A stretch of DNA of 64,000 bases from the human T2T-CHM13v2.0 reference genome, Homo sapiens (GCF_009914755.1 NC_060928.1); one strand, 5' to 3'. Numbered from the stretch's first letter, positions 25,900-39,820 are shown. A program made the numbers and translations. The notes: generated by a model not told the origin, from the letters alone.

Positions 25900-28800
25900 A
25901 GATTTGGGTATTTTTAAAAGATAGCTATAAATGAACGTGGCCGGAGTTCTTCTTTAGAAAATGAACCTTGAGGCCTCAAGAAACTATAGTAATTAGTGGG
26001 TCTGAGGCCCACCAAGATCCAATGAATTGAAGTGAACTGCTCAGAGTTTTATACCCACAGAGAGAGCCCGACCTATTCGTCTCTTCTTGTTCTTGCCAGT
26101 GCTTGCTCTCTGTCCATCCATACCTCAGAATGACTGACTTATCTCGACGGCCAAAAACACCACTCTCAAAATGCCCTAGTAGATTAAAGAGGTACAGTTA
26201 TGGAGATGTCTATTGACCTTTTCTTAAATTTTGTGAGAGAAACAATAAAACATGAATACCTGGTCATTTGATTAGCATCCATACAATTTTACATGGTTCT
26301 CATTGTTCTATTTGACATTGGAATGTATAATCTGCTTTACTTTTTAATTTACTTGCTAATAAGATATAGTTTTCCACATGAAAAGTTAATAATTATATTT
26401 ATTATCTAAAACAAAAATGCAAATTAAAAATCTTGTGTACTATGTGAATTATAAATACCATGAAAGGGCAACAAAATAGGAGTGTATAGAAGGGTAATAT
26501 TGAAAATGAAGTGTGTGTTTCATCTGTAGAACTAACATAAAATCAGAAAAGAGTCAATTGTTTATATAACTAAAAAAAACCAAATAATATATTAGGGAAG
26601 GCTCAACCATTTAGAGAATGGAATGTCTTATATGTGGCTCACTTGATATCTTCTTAAACAAGGTGGTCATCTCTAGCCTGAATGAACTGTTTAACAAGGA
26701 GAATGTTTGACACAAGAACCTACGTAATTTTCCGTAGCTCAATTCCTTACTGATGAGATTTCAAACAACAGGACTGGTTTGGGGCTGCCTGATTAGGAGT
26801 CTAGAATATGTCTGTCAGATTTGTCCTTGATGCTCAAATTAGGTAAGATCTCAAAAGATAGAAATAAAACTAAAGTAGTTTTAAAAGCAGAGAATAAAAA
26901 TCCTATACAGAAAAGTGTGATACCTTTTGTAATGTAAATGCAGGATTGGACTCAGTGTGAGAAATGAAGGAAAAGAACAGGAGGAAATCTGTTACAAGCT
27001 GAATATGGGTCAGTAATTCACTGCCATTGTTTAAAAAAATCTGCATCATGATGACTATGGCTTATATTATTTCTATGTTTGTGAATGGCCAAGGTACTCT
27101 AAGAACTAAAAGGTAAGACTAAAGAATGTTAAAAAAATAATCCAAATAATAGGAAAGAAAGGAAAAGAAGGCCGTAGATGAGTACAGGTTTAAAACATTT
27201 CAAAAGATGAGCTGAAAACTGCCTTGTATAGACACTTTTAAGAATAGGAAAAGATTTTTAAGTGAGGGGGATGTTGATCATTTCCACTTTATATTGAGAT
27301 GGAAGAAAAATGGGCTTGGTGAAAGGAAAAAGACATTTTGGTGGGCTATCAGAGTGATAGATATTATGAGAGACAAAGAGAATAGTAAAATGACCATCCT
27401 GGAAAGCTTCACTAAGATAATGAATGGTCATTTTTCTTTAAGATTTAAGATATTTGCTTGCTTGAAAAATACTTAACAGCTGACTTGAATTGTCTGCCAG
27501 TTTTGTGACTCTAATTTGAAGTTTGCCAAAAACTCTTTAAAATATATTACAAATTTTAATTTAAAATAAATGGAGGGAAGAGCTATACAACATTAGTATC
27601 TGTGAGACTCCTATTAAGATGCATTAGAAAAAAATTACTTTTATAATAATTTATTAATTGGCTCAAAATTTCTCTTTATTGCATTTTTCTGGAGATATTT
27701 ATCTTTCCCTGAACCCATTCATTCATCTTGCCTTGGATCTATTTATTTAAGGACAGAGAGGATGCCGTGGGGACTGTTGCAGGGTAATGGGCAGATGGGC
27801 TGACTTCTTGCTTATTAGTAAGCTGGGATGATCTGACTCTAAACTTCTTCCTAAGGGATAGAGGCACTTAAAATGAGGTTTACTCAATCATGGAAGTATA
27901 ATTAAAGTAAAGATATTATTTCATCTCCCTCCCTCCCACCCCATTTCTATTTTTTTGGTATTCTTGTTTGACTTGATGACTTAGTGTTATCACTGATGAA
28001 ACCTTAAGTAGACCAGTGGTTTGTTCTTTTGTTCTTTTGTTATCAGGATGGGACAGATGTAACTGCAGGGTTCAGCAGGAGGTAGCTAGGAGAAGCTTCT
28101 CATTAAACAAGAATTGAGAAATCCCATCTGAACACCTCTTCTCCTATTATTTAGTAAATGGAGAACACATGATAAATAAAACAGAGACATTCTTAATATC
28201 AAATGCAAGGGTATGCAAAACCTGCAGGAAACTCTATGTGTGCTTTTCTTCTTTTTTTCCATCTTTTTCTTTTTGAAAACAAGACATTTGTATTCACTCA
28301 AGTTAATCATAGTGTGTTTTCAGGTAATCATAATTAGATGTAATTACTGTGTGGTCAAGTTATAGCTTAACTCCTCGATGAGCCCAATCGAGTACTTTAG
28401 ACATAAAGAACTTCTCAAACCCAAACATCCCAAAAATCCTTGACAGGAACGCTAATGCTATCATAAATGAATCAAAGCATTATTTTGATGCTAATTAACA
28501 GTTCTACTTACTGTACCACTCTAAGGCTGCACACACTGTTTGAAAAATATATGCAACTTAAATCATAAGCTTGTTTGTTTTTTGAGAGAGAAAGAGACAT
28601 AGAATGTTTTGGATTCATGTCTTCTTTTGTTGATCTAATTTTTGAATTGGTTTCTAATATAGAAAAGCTGTTGTTAGATGGCGTTGTCCCAGACTTGGGG
28701 CACAAACTGTGTGGAGAGCCAAGGAAGGGCATGGGTTAAAAATACAGAATGTGAGGCAGTGGATACTGTCTTGCCTCTGAGTCCTTTTCCAGTGCCGGGT

Positions 28801-29965
28801 GTTCTTCATTCCCATCTTCACCCTTTTAACTGTTATTACAGGGGGATTCCATGAGGAGAGGGTAAACCCTTAAATTTCCGAGTCTGGTACTGTTGGTGTT
28901 GGGACTCTGGAAACAGAGTCTCAGGAATGATTATATGGTCCTCACATCTTTCACTTAGCAATGAGTAAGTCTGTAACATGACTTTGAGGTATTGCCAAAA
29001 AGCAGCTACTTCTGTTATTCAAAGTCAGTGATACCAGTGAAAGATTTAAAAATCACTTTAGAGAGAAGGAAAGGACTCTTTTACAATTAAATGCGTTGTA
29101 TTTTTAAATATATTATTCCAAGAGACAGTCACCCTGTAGTGTTTTCCCCCTGATGGGATAGTGCTCCTAGGCTGAGTTAGAATACTCACTCAGGTGCTTG
29201 TAGATAGATCTTTTCTGAAAATATCTGCTATCAAGCTTTTAGATGAAACATTCTTCTACCCAGGAAAGCATAGAGTTTTTCTAGAGAAATCCGATTTTGG
29301 AGTGAGCTTTAGGAGCTCCCAGCTGACATTCACTATATCATAAAATAGCTTCCAGTATCAGGAAAAGCATGTGCGTCCATGTGGAATCACAAGCACTACT
29401 CCATTTGTCCACATTGGGCCGTTTAAGTTGGATTACACTTAAGAAAAATTAAATGGTCTCTCTCCTGTATTTGCAAAACTACATATTACCTGGCCTTAGG
29501 AACTTGATAAATAGGGACCAAGGAATACCATGTTGCCACCAGTGTAGCATAGGATAACATCTCTATTTTGTATTACATGAGGACAGAATGGCTGAGTGTG
29601 TACCAGGATTACAACCTCAGAAGTCTTAACTATAGTGTAACCTTCTTATTTTAGAAATTAAGACACTGCAATTCAGGAAAAGTAAGTTGCCCATGGTTAT
29701 AATCCAATTAGTGGTCGATCCAGGAATGGGATTCTTATGTTCTGCCTCTCCAATAAAGCAGACAAAAAAGCTCAAGGTCTGTAATGGCATGATAGGGGAA
29801 AAGTGCTCTTTAAGGAATTAAATCTAGGAAACACAGAGAAATACCCAAACAAAACAAAACTCGTCACACATCAAATGATAAGTTAGTGTTATTGTCACAT
29901 GCCTAGTTATATCTTTGGAGAAAAGAGATTTATTTCTCTTATAATAGTTACAATTTGAGAAAAAA

Positions 29966-29991
29966 GTGTGTGTGTGCGTGTGTGTGTGTGT
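29966..29991. repeat. (TG)n microsatellite
   Basis: Seen directly. Confidence 0.9.
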
Positions 29992-32650
29992 ATAAAGTAT
30001 CAAACTGCAAATTGGTCAGATGGAATTTGTCACTTTTATTACTGCCGTTATCCAATATTATGAAGAATCCCATCCATGTATGCAACTCTTTATGATAAAA
30101 AACAAATGGATAGTTTCCATTTAACTAATCTAACTGCCCATTTGTTACTAGCAGTCGACTCCCATATTGACAAACTCCAGCAATCACCTGCCTTGATTCT
30201 CTCCTTCTACATTGCCTCACTCCTACACCATAGATGCCTGGCTGTCTGAATTATAGGTAGAACTGTCTTAACTATCTTGAACAATGTGTCTTGGCTTGCT
30301 GGCTGAGCCTCCACTGCCATCCAGGTCTCCAGACCCAGTGGGTAGATCTGCTCTTTTCCTGCTTGCTTCATTTTTCTGTATGTTGCCATGCCCCGTTAGC
30401 TAATAGAATAGAATGAGTAATTTGCTGGGAATTACCTAAAAAGTTCAAGAGGAAGAAGCTCTGACTCCCAGGAAGACCTGGGTTAAATATTGGAGTAGGA
30501 ATACCTTGAAGATGGTTTGAGATAGGATTCTTGATAGGAACACCTTAAGGATGACGATTATATCAAGAGCGGAAATCAAGATAAGTTTTTACTGGATCAC
30601 GAGTGTTCCTTAGATTGGCAAAAAAGAGGAATCTGCTGTTTGTTTATATTTTTATTTAGCTTATAACCTGATGTAGTTTTTCAATTAAACTAATAATAAC
30701 TGAGTAATCCTGATTTATCTCCAATCTATTCAATTGATCAAGAAATACACACTGTCTGCTTTGTGACCAGAATACTGGAAAGAAAATATTCAGGAGAAAA
30801 GACTGCAGACAATATAAAGAAACCTCCTGGGGGTGGTTTTAACTTTCCTAGGTTTAAGTGAAAGTGGGAACACATTTTTCAGTGAGAAGAGAGTACCTTT
30901 TTATGCATGTCCTTGAGGGCAAGAATCATGTCTAAATTATCTTTTTATCTGTAGAAAGGAGAAGAGAAGCTGGCACTTAGCAGGTGCATAATAATGTTTG
31001 CTGAAGAAATATTGACAATCTTTCTGGGAAAATGTAGAGAGTGAGTAAATTACCTGATTATTTTCCACTTAATGACATCCTTCTCTTTTCTCCACTTCCT
31101 GGCTTAGGCTACCATGATGGGGAAATGTAGTTTGGTAACACTACTGGAGTATGAAATTCATTTTCCTATGGAAGAAATGTTTAAAACAACAGTTTAGACA
31201 TTATTAAATAGACATAATAATTATTTTCCATTAGGTGTAATTGAAATAATAATGATTAGATATAATTGAAAACTGTTTTGCAGAGAACAAATGTTTCTGT
31301 GGGCTATCTAGGAACTCAAGTCATATATAATGTAATTTCTAGGAACAAGCTTTGTGTTCAAACCTTGAGAACCTCATCGTTTTTCTAACTTGGCTTGACA
31401 TCTACCTTCCATTTTTTTTCCTTTTTTCTTAAAAAGTAGGCTTTTCTACTATTCTAGATGTTATGAGTCTGTGGAAGAAATAACAGATACCAAGAGTGGC
31501 TTTCACTCAGAATAAAATGATATGTATCAAAAGGTACCTTTTTTTTTTTTGGTGTGTGCTGCAGGTGGGTTGGGAAGGGGGTGTTCTGGATTTATCCAGT
31601 TGGAAAGAAAATACAGATGCATATTAAGCAGTTAATGAGAACTAGCTTGTGTGATTAATATAGACAAGAAGTGGCATAGTGATCAAAAGAGAAAGAAAGT
31701 TTAATGTAGTTTGCCATTTTTAGAAAAAGCTTCATAGTCAGTTTGGGATTTCAGGTAGGTAGGTTTTAGGGAGATGAAAGAAAAGAAAATAGGTATTTTT
31801 TAATCTGGAAATTTTTCACCAGCCCAGGAAAATAGGATTTGATGTTCCTCTTAGAAGCTCTGGTAACTCGTCCTTAATAAAAATTTGATCATACTGTATT
31901 TTGATTTATCTATCTCCTTTTATAGATATTCGAGTAAAATGCTTGAAGGCAGGAATGTGTAGATGAATTTAGGCAATAGTTGGAGATGTTTCACCTTTAT
32001 TCTGAAAATGCTGAAGACTAAAAATTTTTTTATGAAGAATAAAAATACAACTGTCTGGAAATAAGATTGGAGGAGAAAACATGAAGGCAGGGAGATAGCA
32101 AATCCTGTTGATTAAAATAACTCAGGAGAGAAAAAGGGGTGGAGCAATAGAGAATGGAAGGAATACCTAAAATGTGTTAACAAAGGAAAAACAAAATGTT
32201 TTATACTGGATATGAGAAATCGGAAAGAGGAGAGGGAAAAGTTAATAGACGTTCAAACATAGATTTTAAAATTTTCTGTCCAAATTAGTGGGTAAAACAC
32301 CATAGCATTTGTACAACTGCCAAAACTGTTTTTCAGGTCTAAATAATTTGCATAATTACTGTCAGCATTTCTTTGTTCCTTCGTTATTTTCCAACTCTAT
32401 TTGTTGACCTTGAGAAAATTAGTTTCCGTAGTCTCATACGTCTTCCAATGTCTGTGTTTTCTAGTGGAAAAAGAAAAGGGAATTGAAAACGAAGACAGCT
32501 ACATTACATTTTGTCTGATATTGAATCACTGGCCATTTAATCTGCTCCTTAAAACTCTCTTTGAGTCATTTTTTCCACTTTGAAATGTAGCTTCATAGAT
32601 TAAAGGACTTTTAGTAGTAAAAAAAAAAAAAATAGAAAATTATCTAGGAG

Positions 32651-32686
32651 TTTAGATGCCACATCCAGGACTTGAAACAAACAAAA
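32651..32686 (+). mobile_element. Very short retroposition-like insert flanked by a 17-bp direct repeat
   Basis: agaaaattatctaggag at 32634-32650 and 32687-32703; insert ends in aaacaaacaaaa. Confidence 0.6.
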
Positions 32687-33063
32687 AGAAAATTATCTAG
32701 GAGAAAAATTAGAAAGTAATCACACATTTGAAGAGATACAGAAACTGAGGACCAAGTAAGTTATATGATTTGTTGTGAGTCCTGTTGTCAGTTAAGGACA
32801 GCATGAGGCTTAAAATCTGAGTGTGCTGACCTTCAGCCATTGCTTCTGATTGTATACCATAGTGATTTGGGTAAGACTACAGATAATCTTCCAAATGTTT
32901 ATAATTAAGCTAACTGTTACATCTTGCTACACAGATATGTATGCCTGCAGGAAATTTGAAGGAAATCTCATCTAGTTTCCACTTAAATTTAGACTGTGAC
33001 ACAAAGGGCAAATTCACACTTTGAGCCACAACTGCAAAATAACCTATATTTTTTGAAACTTTC

Positions 33064-33548
33064 TGTTGAAATAATGTTCTGTAGATTTCTTGCATTTCTG
33101 TACATCTTGCAAGCAGAGGCACGGACTGTCTTTGTTCTAGATTATTTTTTTCCAAGATGTTGGTATAGCAAGCAGCACAGAGAAGCAAAAGTCTGGCATG
33201 CTTACTAGCCAGTATAATGAAGATAAAGGTTCCCTCTGGAGCAAAGTACACACATACTTATTGCCCACTATAAAAGATTCAGGCTTCCTAAACTCAGGGT
33301 TTCTCTCTGGTACACAGCCTGCTGAATGTGCTGGCATCCATCTAGCCTGTACACATTACTTTAATTGGGAGCAGGGAAACTGACACAAATATGCTGATGC
33401 TAATGTTACTTGCAGTGGTGTATAATAATACAGCTCTTTGTTTCTGACCTGGGAGTCTCATATCTTCTGCCACAATCTATGAGATTGTAGCAAACTAACT
33501 TGTTAACTTGCAAGTAGGATAAGATCTCAGCTCCTTCACAGTTCAACA
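33064..33548 (+). mobile_element. Solo LTR, probably ERVL class (subfamily not determined)
   Basis: Terminal inverted repeat TGTTGAA...TTCAACA, perfect 5-bp TSD CTTTC, internal TATAAAA; 485 bp. Confidence 0.8.
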
Positions 33549-34895
33549 CTTTCTAGGCTGACAGATTTGTGGGCCCAGGAAATACTCTTATAATTGGTTA
33601 GGCATAAATAAAATTGGAAATGTTGTAAATCAATGGACATAACTAAATTTTTACTTAGATTTCTACAGTTTTAATTAGAACAGCTTAAGGTCTAAGTGTG
33701 GCATTAATATTCTGAGTCTCAACTGATTAGATTTGTGAAATACTATTATACTTAGTTGCTCTCATCAATTTCAATCTTTGTAGCATTAAATGTATTATTA
33801 TTGTTATACTCTAAATGTTTTTGCAAATTAACAGGCTGGCAAAAGTTATTTTTTTGACACTTATGCAAGATAAACTGGCAAGCAGATACTATATAGTAAT
33901 TTGTATAGTCAATGTGACCAAAATAGAAGGATTGACCATACTTTGGTTCCTAAGTTTTTTTGTGTAGGACTTGATGAAATTTCTTGAGGAGGATTGTTTT
34001 TCCTACTTGAATTTGGATACTCTCCAGGTCTGATTATCAGCACATTATCAAGGCCCAAGTCACAATTTGTTCTTGGTAGTTAAGCAAATTAAATAATTAA
34101 AGTAGGTATTTTCTGTTCTAGTGTTACTGTAAGCCAGAAACATGAATAAGGCCTAAATAGAAGAGAACAAGGGAATTTATCAGTTATATAGGTTTTGTTA
34201 AGGTCCAGCACAAATGATATCCAATATTTATGTAAATCAGAACTAAAGACTAAATTCTAGACTGCAGTAGCAGGTTGTTAACAAGTTAATAAACTTTCTT
34301 CCAACTCTATTATGTGTTTAATCATTTTCCTAGTATAGAGTTTGAAGCTAACAAACAATAATTATGCTTGCACTACATGTGTCCCTTTTTAGATATTAGT
34401 TCAAATTAGTTCTAAGTTATGATATACTTTTGTTTCATTTTTAAGCTTGTTTTTTAATTATCTTTTTTTTGTATAGAATTTAAGGCTGTTACGAGGTCAT
34501 ATAGATGTTACGTAGAAGAGGAGGGGCCAAGGAGAGTGAAAAGAGAGAGGCTAAAGAAAGTTCAAAAAAAGCTGCACTGTAGTTTAATATGAAAGAATTC
34601 CGGTGAATTGATTAGACAGTAGCTCACATTCAGAAAGCAGGATACGTGAAACTCATCTTTGAAGATCAACAAAGACTTTTTTTTGAGAAGAAATAGTAGC
34701 GTTTGACCCAGTAATATGTAATCATTTCAGAAATTCATTGATAACTGTTTTTTTTTAAATGAATAAAGGGAATGCAGAACATTGCAGTTCTGGCTAGCAG
34801 AGTCTGTTCCTTTGGGAAAAGACCCCCTTAGTATAGTATGCAAAGTCAGCCTGTCTGCTTTCTCTCTCTCTGGCCTACTTTACTTGCTGGCCATC

Positions 34896-35421
34896 TGTGG
34901 CCTAGTACATTTCCCAAGATGGCTCCCCTTCCATATGCTCTTCAGCAATGTGACCTTTCCACCTACCCCTCAACAAGAGGTGGCGTCGATTTCTTCACCC
35001 CTTGAATCTGGAAGGGCCCTGTGACTGCTTTGACCAATAAAATATGGCAGAGCCCTTAATTGGACAGGCACTTGCCATTTCCTGGCCTCTGGGAAGCCAA
35101 CTGTAATAAAAGAATGCAACTATGTTCAAACCACCATACAGTGAAAACCCAAGCCATGTGGAGAGGCCTTGAAGAATGAAATGCCACATGGGAAGAGAGA
35201 GAGAGCAACAAGCACCAAGAAATCAGGTATGTGAGTAAGGATGCCACAGTAGGAGTAGATCCTCCAGCCTGAGCTGCCCCAGCTGACACCACATGTATCA
35301 GAATGAATCAGCCAGGTGAGCCCTTCCTTAATCCCCGACTCACAAATTTGAGAGAAAAATGAAATTATTTTAAGACAGTAAGTTTATGAGGTATTTTGTG
35401 AGGTAATAGGTAATTAGAATG
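34896..35421 (+). mobile_element. MLT1 (G/H-like) MaLR LTR
   Basis: ccccttgaatctgg...tgtgactgctttgaccaata; 3' ttttaag...taagttt...gtaatagg. Confidence 0.75.
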
Positions 35422-36846
35422 CCACCATTCCTGACTGGATGGTAGTTAAAAGTTAGAGAACACTAAAAGGTAATAAACACTTTCTGTTGATTTTTTCTTT
35501 TACTAAATGGAAGGAATTTTAGTGGTCAGTCATTAATTATTAATTCACAAGAGTGATAAGATAGTAAACTGACTTCCTTTGCCATCTATTTTTTTTAATC
35601 ATAACTATTTAAAGTCTCCTTGAAGTTTTTATGTTCGTATTATCTTTGGTTTCCACCATTCTTGAGATTCTTTGGCAAAGGGTAACATTGTGAAAAACAG
35701 GCTCATCTCCAAGTTAATCCTTTTTTGCCTTCTTCTCCTTTGATTCCATTATAGAAACCCCTGATCTTAACTTGGGGTATTTTGCAGCATTTTGCAAAAC
35801 AACAATAACAACAAAAAATCGTTTTCTCTTATTCAGCTCTCTACTTGTAATGCCTGAAACATCTGAAACATTTCTGCCTCATAGATAATGATTTACATAT
35901 TTTTTTTTTCTCACTCTCAGAGCACTGAGCAATTGCTGGGCCTATGTGTTTGCTGAGGAGTGGGGGCTCCTGAATTCATTTTAGCCGAAAGACACCCCAC
36001 TAGAATATATTAACACTGAATTAGGAATAAGAAAACTGAGAATTTAGTTCAAAGTGCCTAACTGTATATGCAACCTTGAGTAGGTAACATAGCCTAGGGG
36101 GTTCCAATTTTCTTACTTACTGAGAGGTAGGAGCTGGATACAATGGTTTCTAAGTTACCTTCTAACATTGGGATTCTTTGTCTTCTTGTAAATTCCATCA
36201 CTCCATGGGTACATATCTTTTAAAATATGATTTACATTTATAATGGACGTAAATATGGAGGCCCTAGGTTATTTGTTGACTTTTTATCAATGGGCCCGGA
36301 GTTTTTCTTTTGTTAAAAGAAAAAAATTTGCGATAACTTATTTTTAAGCTGGTTTAAGATAGAAAATGTTTACAGTAATAAATTAAGTTGCCCCTGAAAA
36401 AATATGTCTTTCAAGGACACGACCTGCCCCAATGTGCTATTTATTTGCATTTACAGGAAAACCCAATTATAACAGCTATTTTCAAGAACTAATATCACTA
36501 GAGACTGAATGTATAGTAGAGCAAGCAGATGATAATGCGTCCTAAAAAACTGACCTAGCCGGGAGCATGTACATGGTGAGCTCACCCACATTTTGTTATT
36601 CTTCAGTGAAATTCTACATTTCATCTAAAATATTGTTGCTGATATTTATGTAAAATAAGACATAGTTAATCACTAGGCTAAATTTAATATTTGTCTCAGG
36701 TGAAGTGAGGTGTTAAAATTGTATGTTATGATTTCCAAAAGTTCTCTTTTTAGATTGGACAGGGTAAATTTTGCAACCAAATTACCTCTGTGGTAAACCT
36801 TATGTTGGACTGGTATAAAGCGAAAACAAGCAGGTCCCTAAACAAT

Positions 36847-36868
36847 TGCTGCTGCTGCTGCTGCTGCT
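36847..36868. repeat. (CTG)7 trinucleotide tract
   Basis: Seen directly. Confidence 0.9.
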
Positions 36869-38046
36869 TTAAAATCCATCTCAGTGAAATCTTGATTGAG
36901 CTGGTTGCAATTCAGGAAGGAGACACTCCATATTTACATCAGACACAAAGATCTTTCCTCCCTTAATCATTCACTGAGGGGAGTAGTTGTTTAGTGGACT
37001 CATTTCTCTCTGGTCTTTTACACCTTAAGCAAGAATTTATGGCTCCTTAATTTCAAATCATAGCAGGTAAGATATAATGCCACCTTTTAAAGCTCATCTG
37101 TGTGAAGATGACCAAGGTGTAAAGGCTACTTAGTGAGGTGGCATGAGTCCTGGGTCCTGTCTTCCCTATGCTAACTAATTGTGGTACCTTGAGAGCAGTC
37201 CCTAATGTTTTTGGGTCTTGTTCCCTCCTTTGTCAAATGAAATGGATTTCACAAATTTTTCTTTGAGAGCCCTTCCCCATGTGAGACTTTTGTGATGATG
37301 AGGTCTCTTTCTGTTTAGGCAAGATGCCTTCCCACTGTCCTCTTCTTGTTTCTCACTTCCTCCTAGGACTTGTGAATATAACATTTTTGGTGGTGACAGA
37401 CTAATGCATCTGTCCACCCCTCATCATCATCTCTCTACAGGACTGCTGTTATAGACTCTTAGATACCTCTCATCATATCCATTCGCTGCTTAGTTCCCAT
37501 TCAATAACTCTTTATAAGGAATGCTCTTTACAAAAACTTCAGATTTTATCATTTCACTTATTTCTTTAAACCATTAAATGGCTTTGATGGCTTTTAGGTC
37601 TAAATCCCGAATCCTTAACATGGCCTGTTGAGCTCTTCACTCCCTGCATCTCTGGCATCTTCCTATGCCCCACTCTGGTTTAATTTAAATGTGCTGCAAT
37701 AAGCACACATGATATATTTTACTAAGGAACCACTGGTAATATCAGGCTGAGGATGTTGCTGGGTGTGGCTTCTCAAATCTCTCCAGCTCTTCATGGGAGA
37801 TGGGCTCAGTTTGGTGGTCATGGAATTCTTCTTGCCTAGGCATAAGACTGGTTCTTCTATCTCCAAACATATTCCCTGAAACTTCAGAGGAAGTGTGTTA
37901 CATGGTTGCAAAATCTGCCCTTTTTAGCCATATCACCAGTATATAACATCCTAGTTTTAGGGAAATATTTTCCATAAGCTAACAGGGCCATCTTACTACA
38001 TGGTTCACAAGGTATGTAATAATGATTAGGTATGACACATGGATAC

Positions 38047-38945
38047 TATATTAGTTTAGGCTGCTGTAACAGAATACTATAGACTGGGTGGCTTAAACAA
38101 CAAACGTTTATTTCTCATAGGTTTGAGGACTGGAATGTTCAAGGTCAAAGTGCAGGCAGAGTCAGTGTCTGGTGAGGGCCCAGGTCCACTTTCTGGTTTG
38201 CAGATGACTGTCTTCTCATTGTATCTTCACATAGCTGAGAGACAAATAATCTTTCTTCTGTTTCTCCTTAAGGGCACAAATCTCATTCATGAGCAGTCCA
38301 CGCTTATGACCTAATTACCTACTCTGATAGTTAATTTTATGTGTCAACTTGACTGGGTTAAGGAATACCCAGATAGCTGGTAAAACATGATTTCTGAGTG
38401 TGTCTGTGAGAAAGTTTCTTGGAAGAGATTAGCGTTTGAATCAGTCAACTGAGTAAAGAAGATTCACCCTCACCGATGTGGGCTAGCACCATCTACTCCA
38501 TTGAAGGCGCAGATAGAACAAAAAGGGAGACGAAGGATGAATTCTCTGCCTTCTTCAGTTGGCACATCCATCTCTTCCTGCCCTCAGACATCAGTTTCCA
38601 GTTCTAGGCCTTCAGACTCCAGGGCTTACACCAGCCTCTCCACCCTCACCCTGGTTCTTGGAGTCTCAGGCCTTTGGCCTCAGCCTGAATTACACCACAA
38701 GCTTTCTTGGTTCTCCAGCTTGCAGGTGTTTTATTGTGGGACTTCTCAGCCTCTGCAGTGGTATGAGCCAATTTCCATAATAAATCCCCTCATCTATTTA
38801 TCGCTATATATCCTGTTTGTTCTATTTCTCTAGAGAACTCTGACTAATACACCTCCCAAAGGCCTTGTCTTCCAACACCATCACATTGGGGGTTTGAATT
38901 TCAACATGTAAATTTTGCAGGGACACAAATGTTTTGTCAGTAACA
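38047..38945 (-). mobile_element. MLT1A-like MaLR LTR, split by an MLT2 insertion
   Basis: ggctgctgtaacagaatac...gggtggcttaaacaac; resumes cctcccaaaggcc at 38852; perfect TSD gatac (38042-38046, 38946-38950). Confidence 0.85.
38323..38851 (+). mobile_element. MLT2B-like ERVL solo LTR
   Basis: gttaattttatgtgtcaacttgactgg...ctagagaactctgactaataca; TSD cctac/cctcc. Confidence 0.9.
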
Positions 38946-39099
38946 GATACCTACGTGGGACACTGAGAGTCTATGGACAAACATGCTTGCTGATACTTTT
39001 AGGCCTAGGATGGAGTCACTACTGCAGGCCTGGCTGGAAGCTACCATTCAACTATGTGGGCCTCATCTCAGTTCTGCCAGTGTCATGGTCTTTTCCACC

Positions 39100-39480
39100 A
39101 GAGGGCATTCTCCAGTGCTGTTGTTTTTGCTCAAATTATTCTTTAACTCCCACTTACACCTTCCTTTTCATTTAGATAATTTCTATTTACAGCTCAGATC
39201 TTCTCAGTTTACAAGCCACTTTCTCTCAGAGACTTTTCTTGTTCTTTCAGACTAGGTTTGGTGCCCCTGTTTTATGCTTCTGTAATACCTTATCTCCTAC
39301 AGAGGGTGTTACTGTATTTCTGGTTCTATGACCATCACTAGCTTTAGATTGTAAGCTCTGTAAGGAAAAAGATTATCTAGTTCATGCCAAAGCCCCAGTA
39401 ACTAGCATGGGGTCCAGCATATAGTAATCAGTGACCCCCCAAATATCTGTTGGATGAATAAAGGAATAAATAAATTTAGA
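39100..39480 (+). mobile_element. L2 3' fragment
   Basis: tagattgtaagctc...aaatatctgttggatgaataaa. Confidence 0.65.
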
Positions 39481-39820
39481 GGAGAAAGACATAGGTGAGA
39501 GGAACAAAAGGATCTCAAGGAGGGAGAAGAAGTACTTCTTGCTGATGCTGATGGTGTAACTACTAAGAACTGGGAGAAATAAATAAAAAAGGCCTCTTGC
39601 CTGGCCCATGATCCTCACTTTAGCTTCCAAGGAGGTGGAACTACTAAATAGAGTCCTTCCAGGTCTTCTATGGAAAAGAAGAAGTATAGACTAACACTAG
39701 GACAGACACTTGGCAATTCAGGGAGGGCACTGGAGGAGAGCAGTCCCCAGGCCCAGAAGTAGATCTGACCCCAACTCTGTGTACATTCCAACAAATACCA
39801 GGGGCTTTAAAAAAAAAAAA

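Noticed and set aside
38123-38833. ORFs within MaLR/ERVL LTRs (also 2194, 35056, 40928, 55300)
   Set aside because: They lie wholly inside LTR sequence and resemble no protein I recognise.
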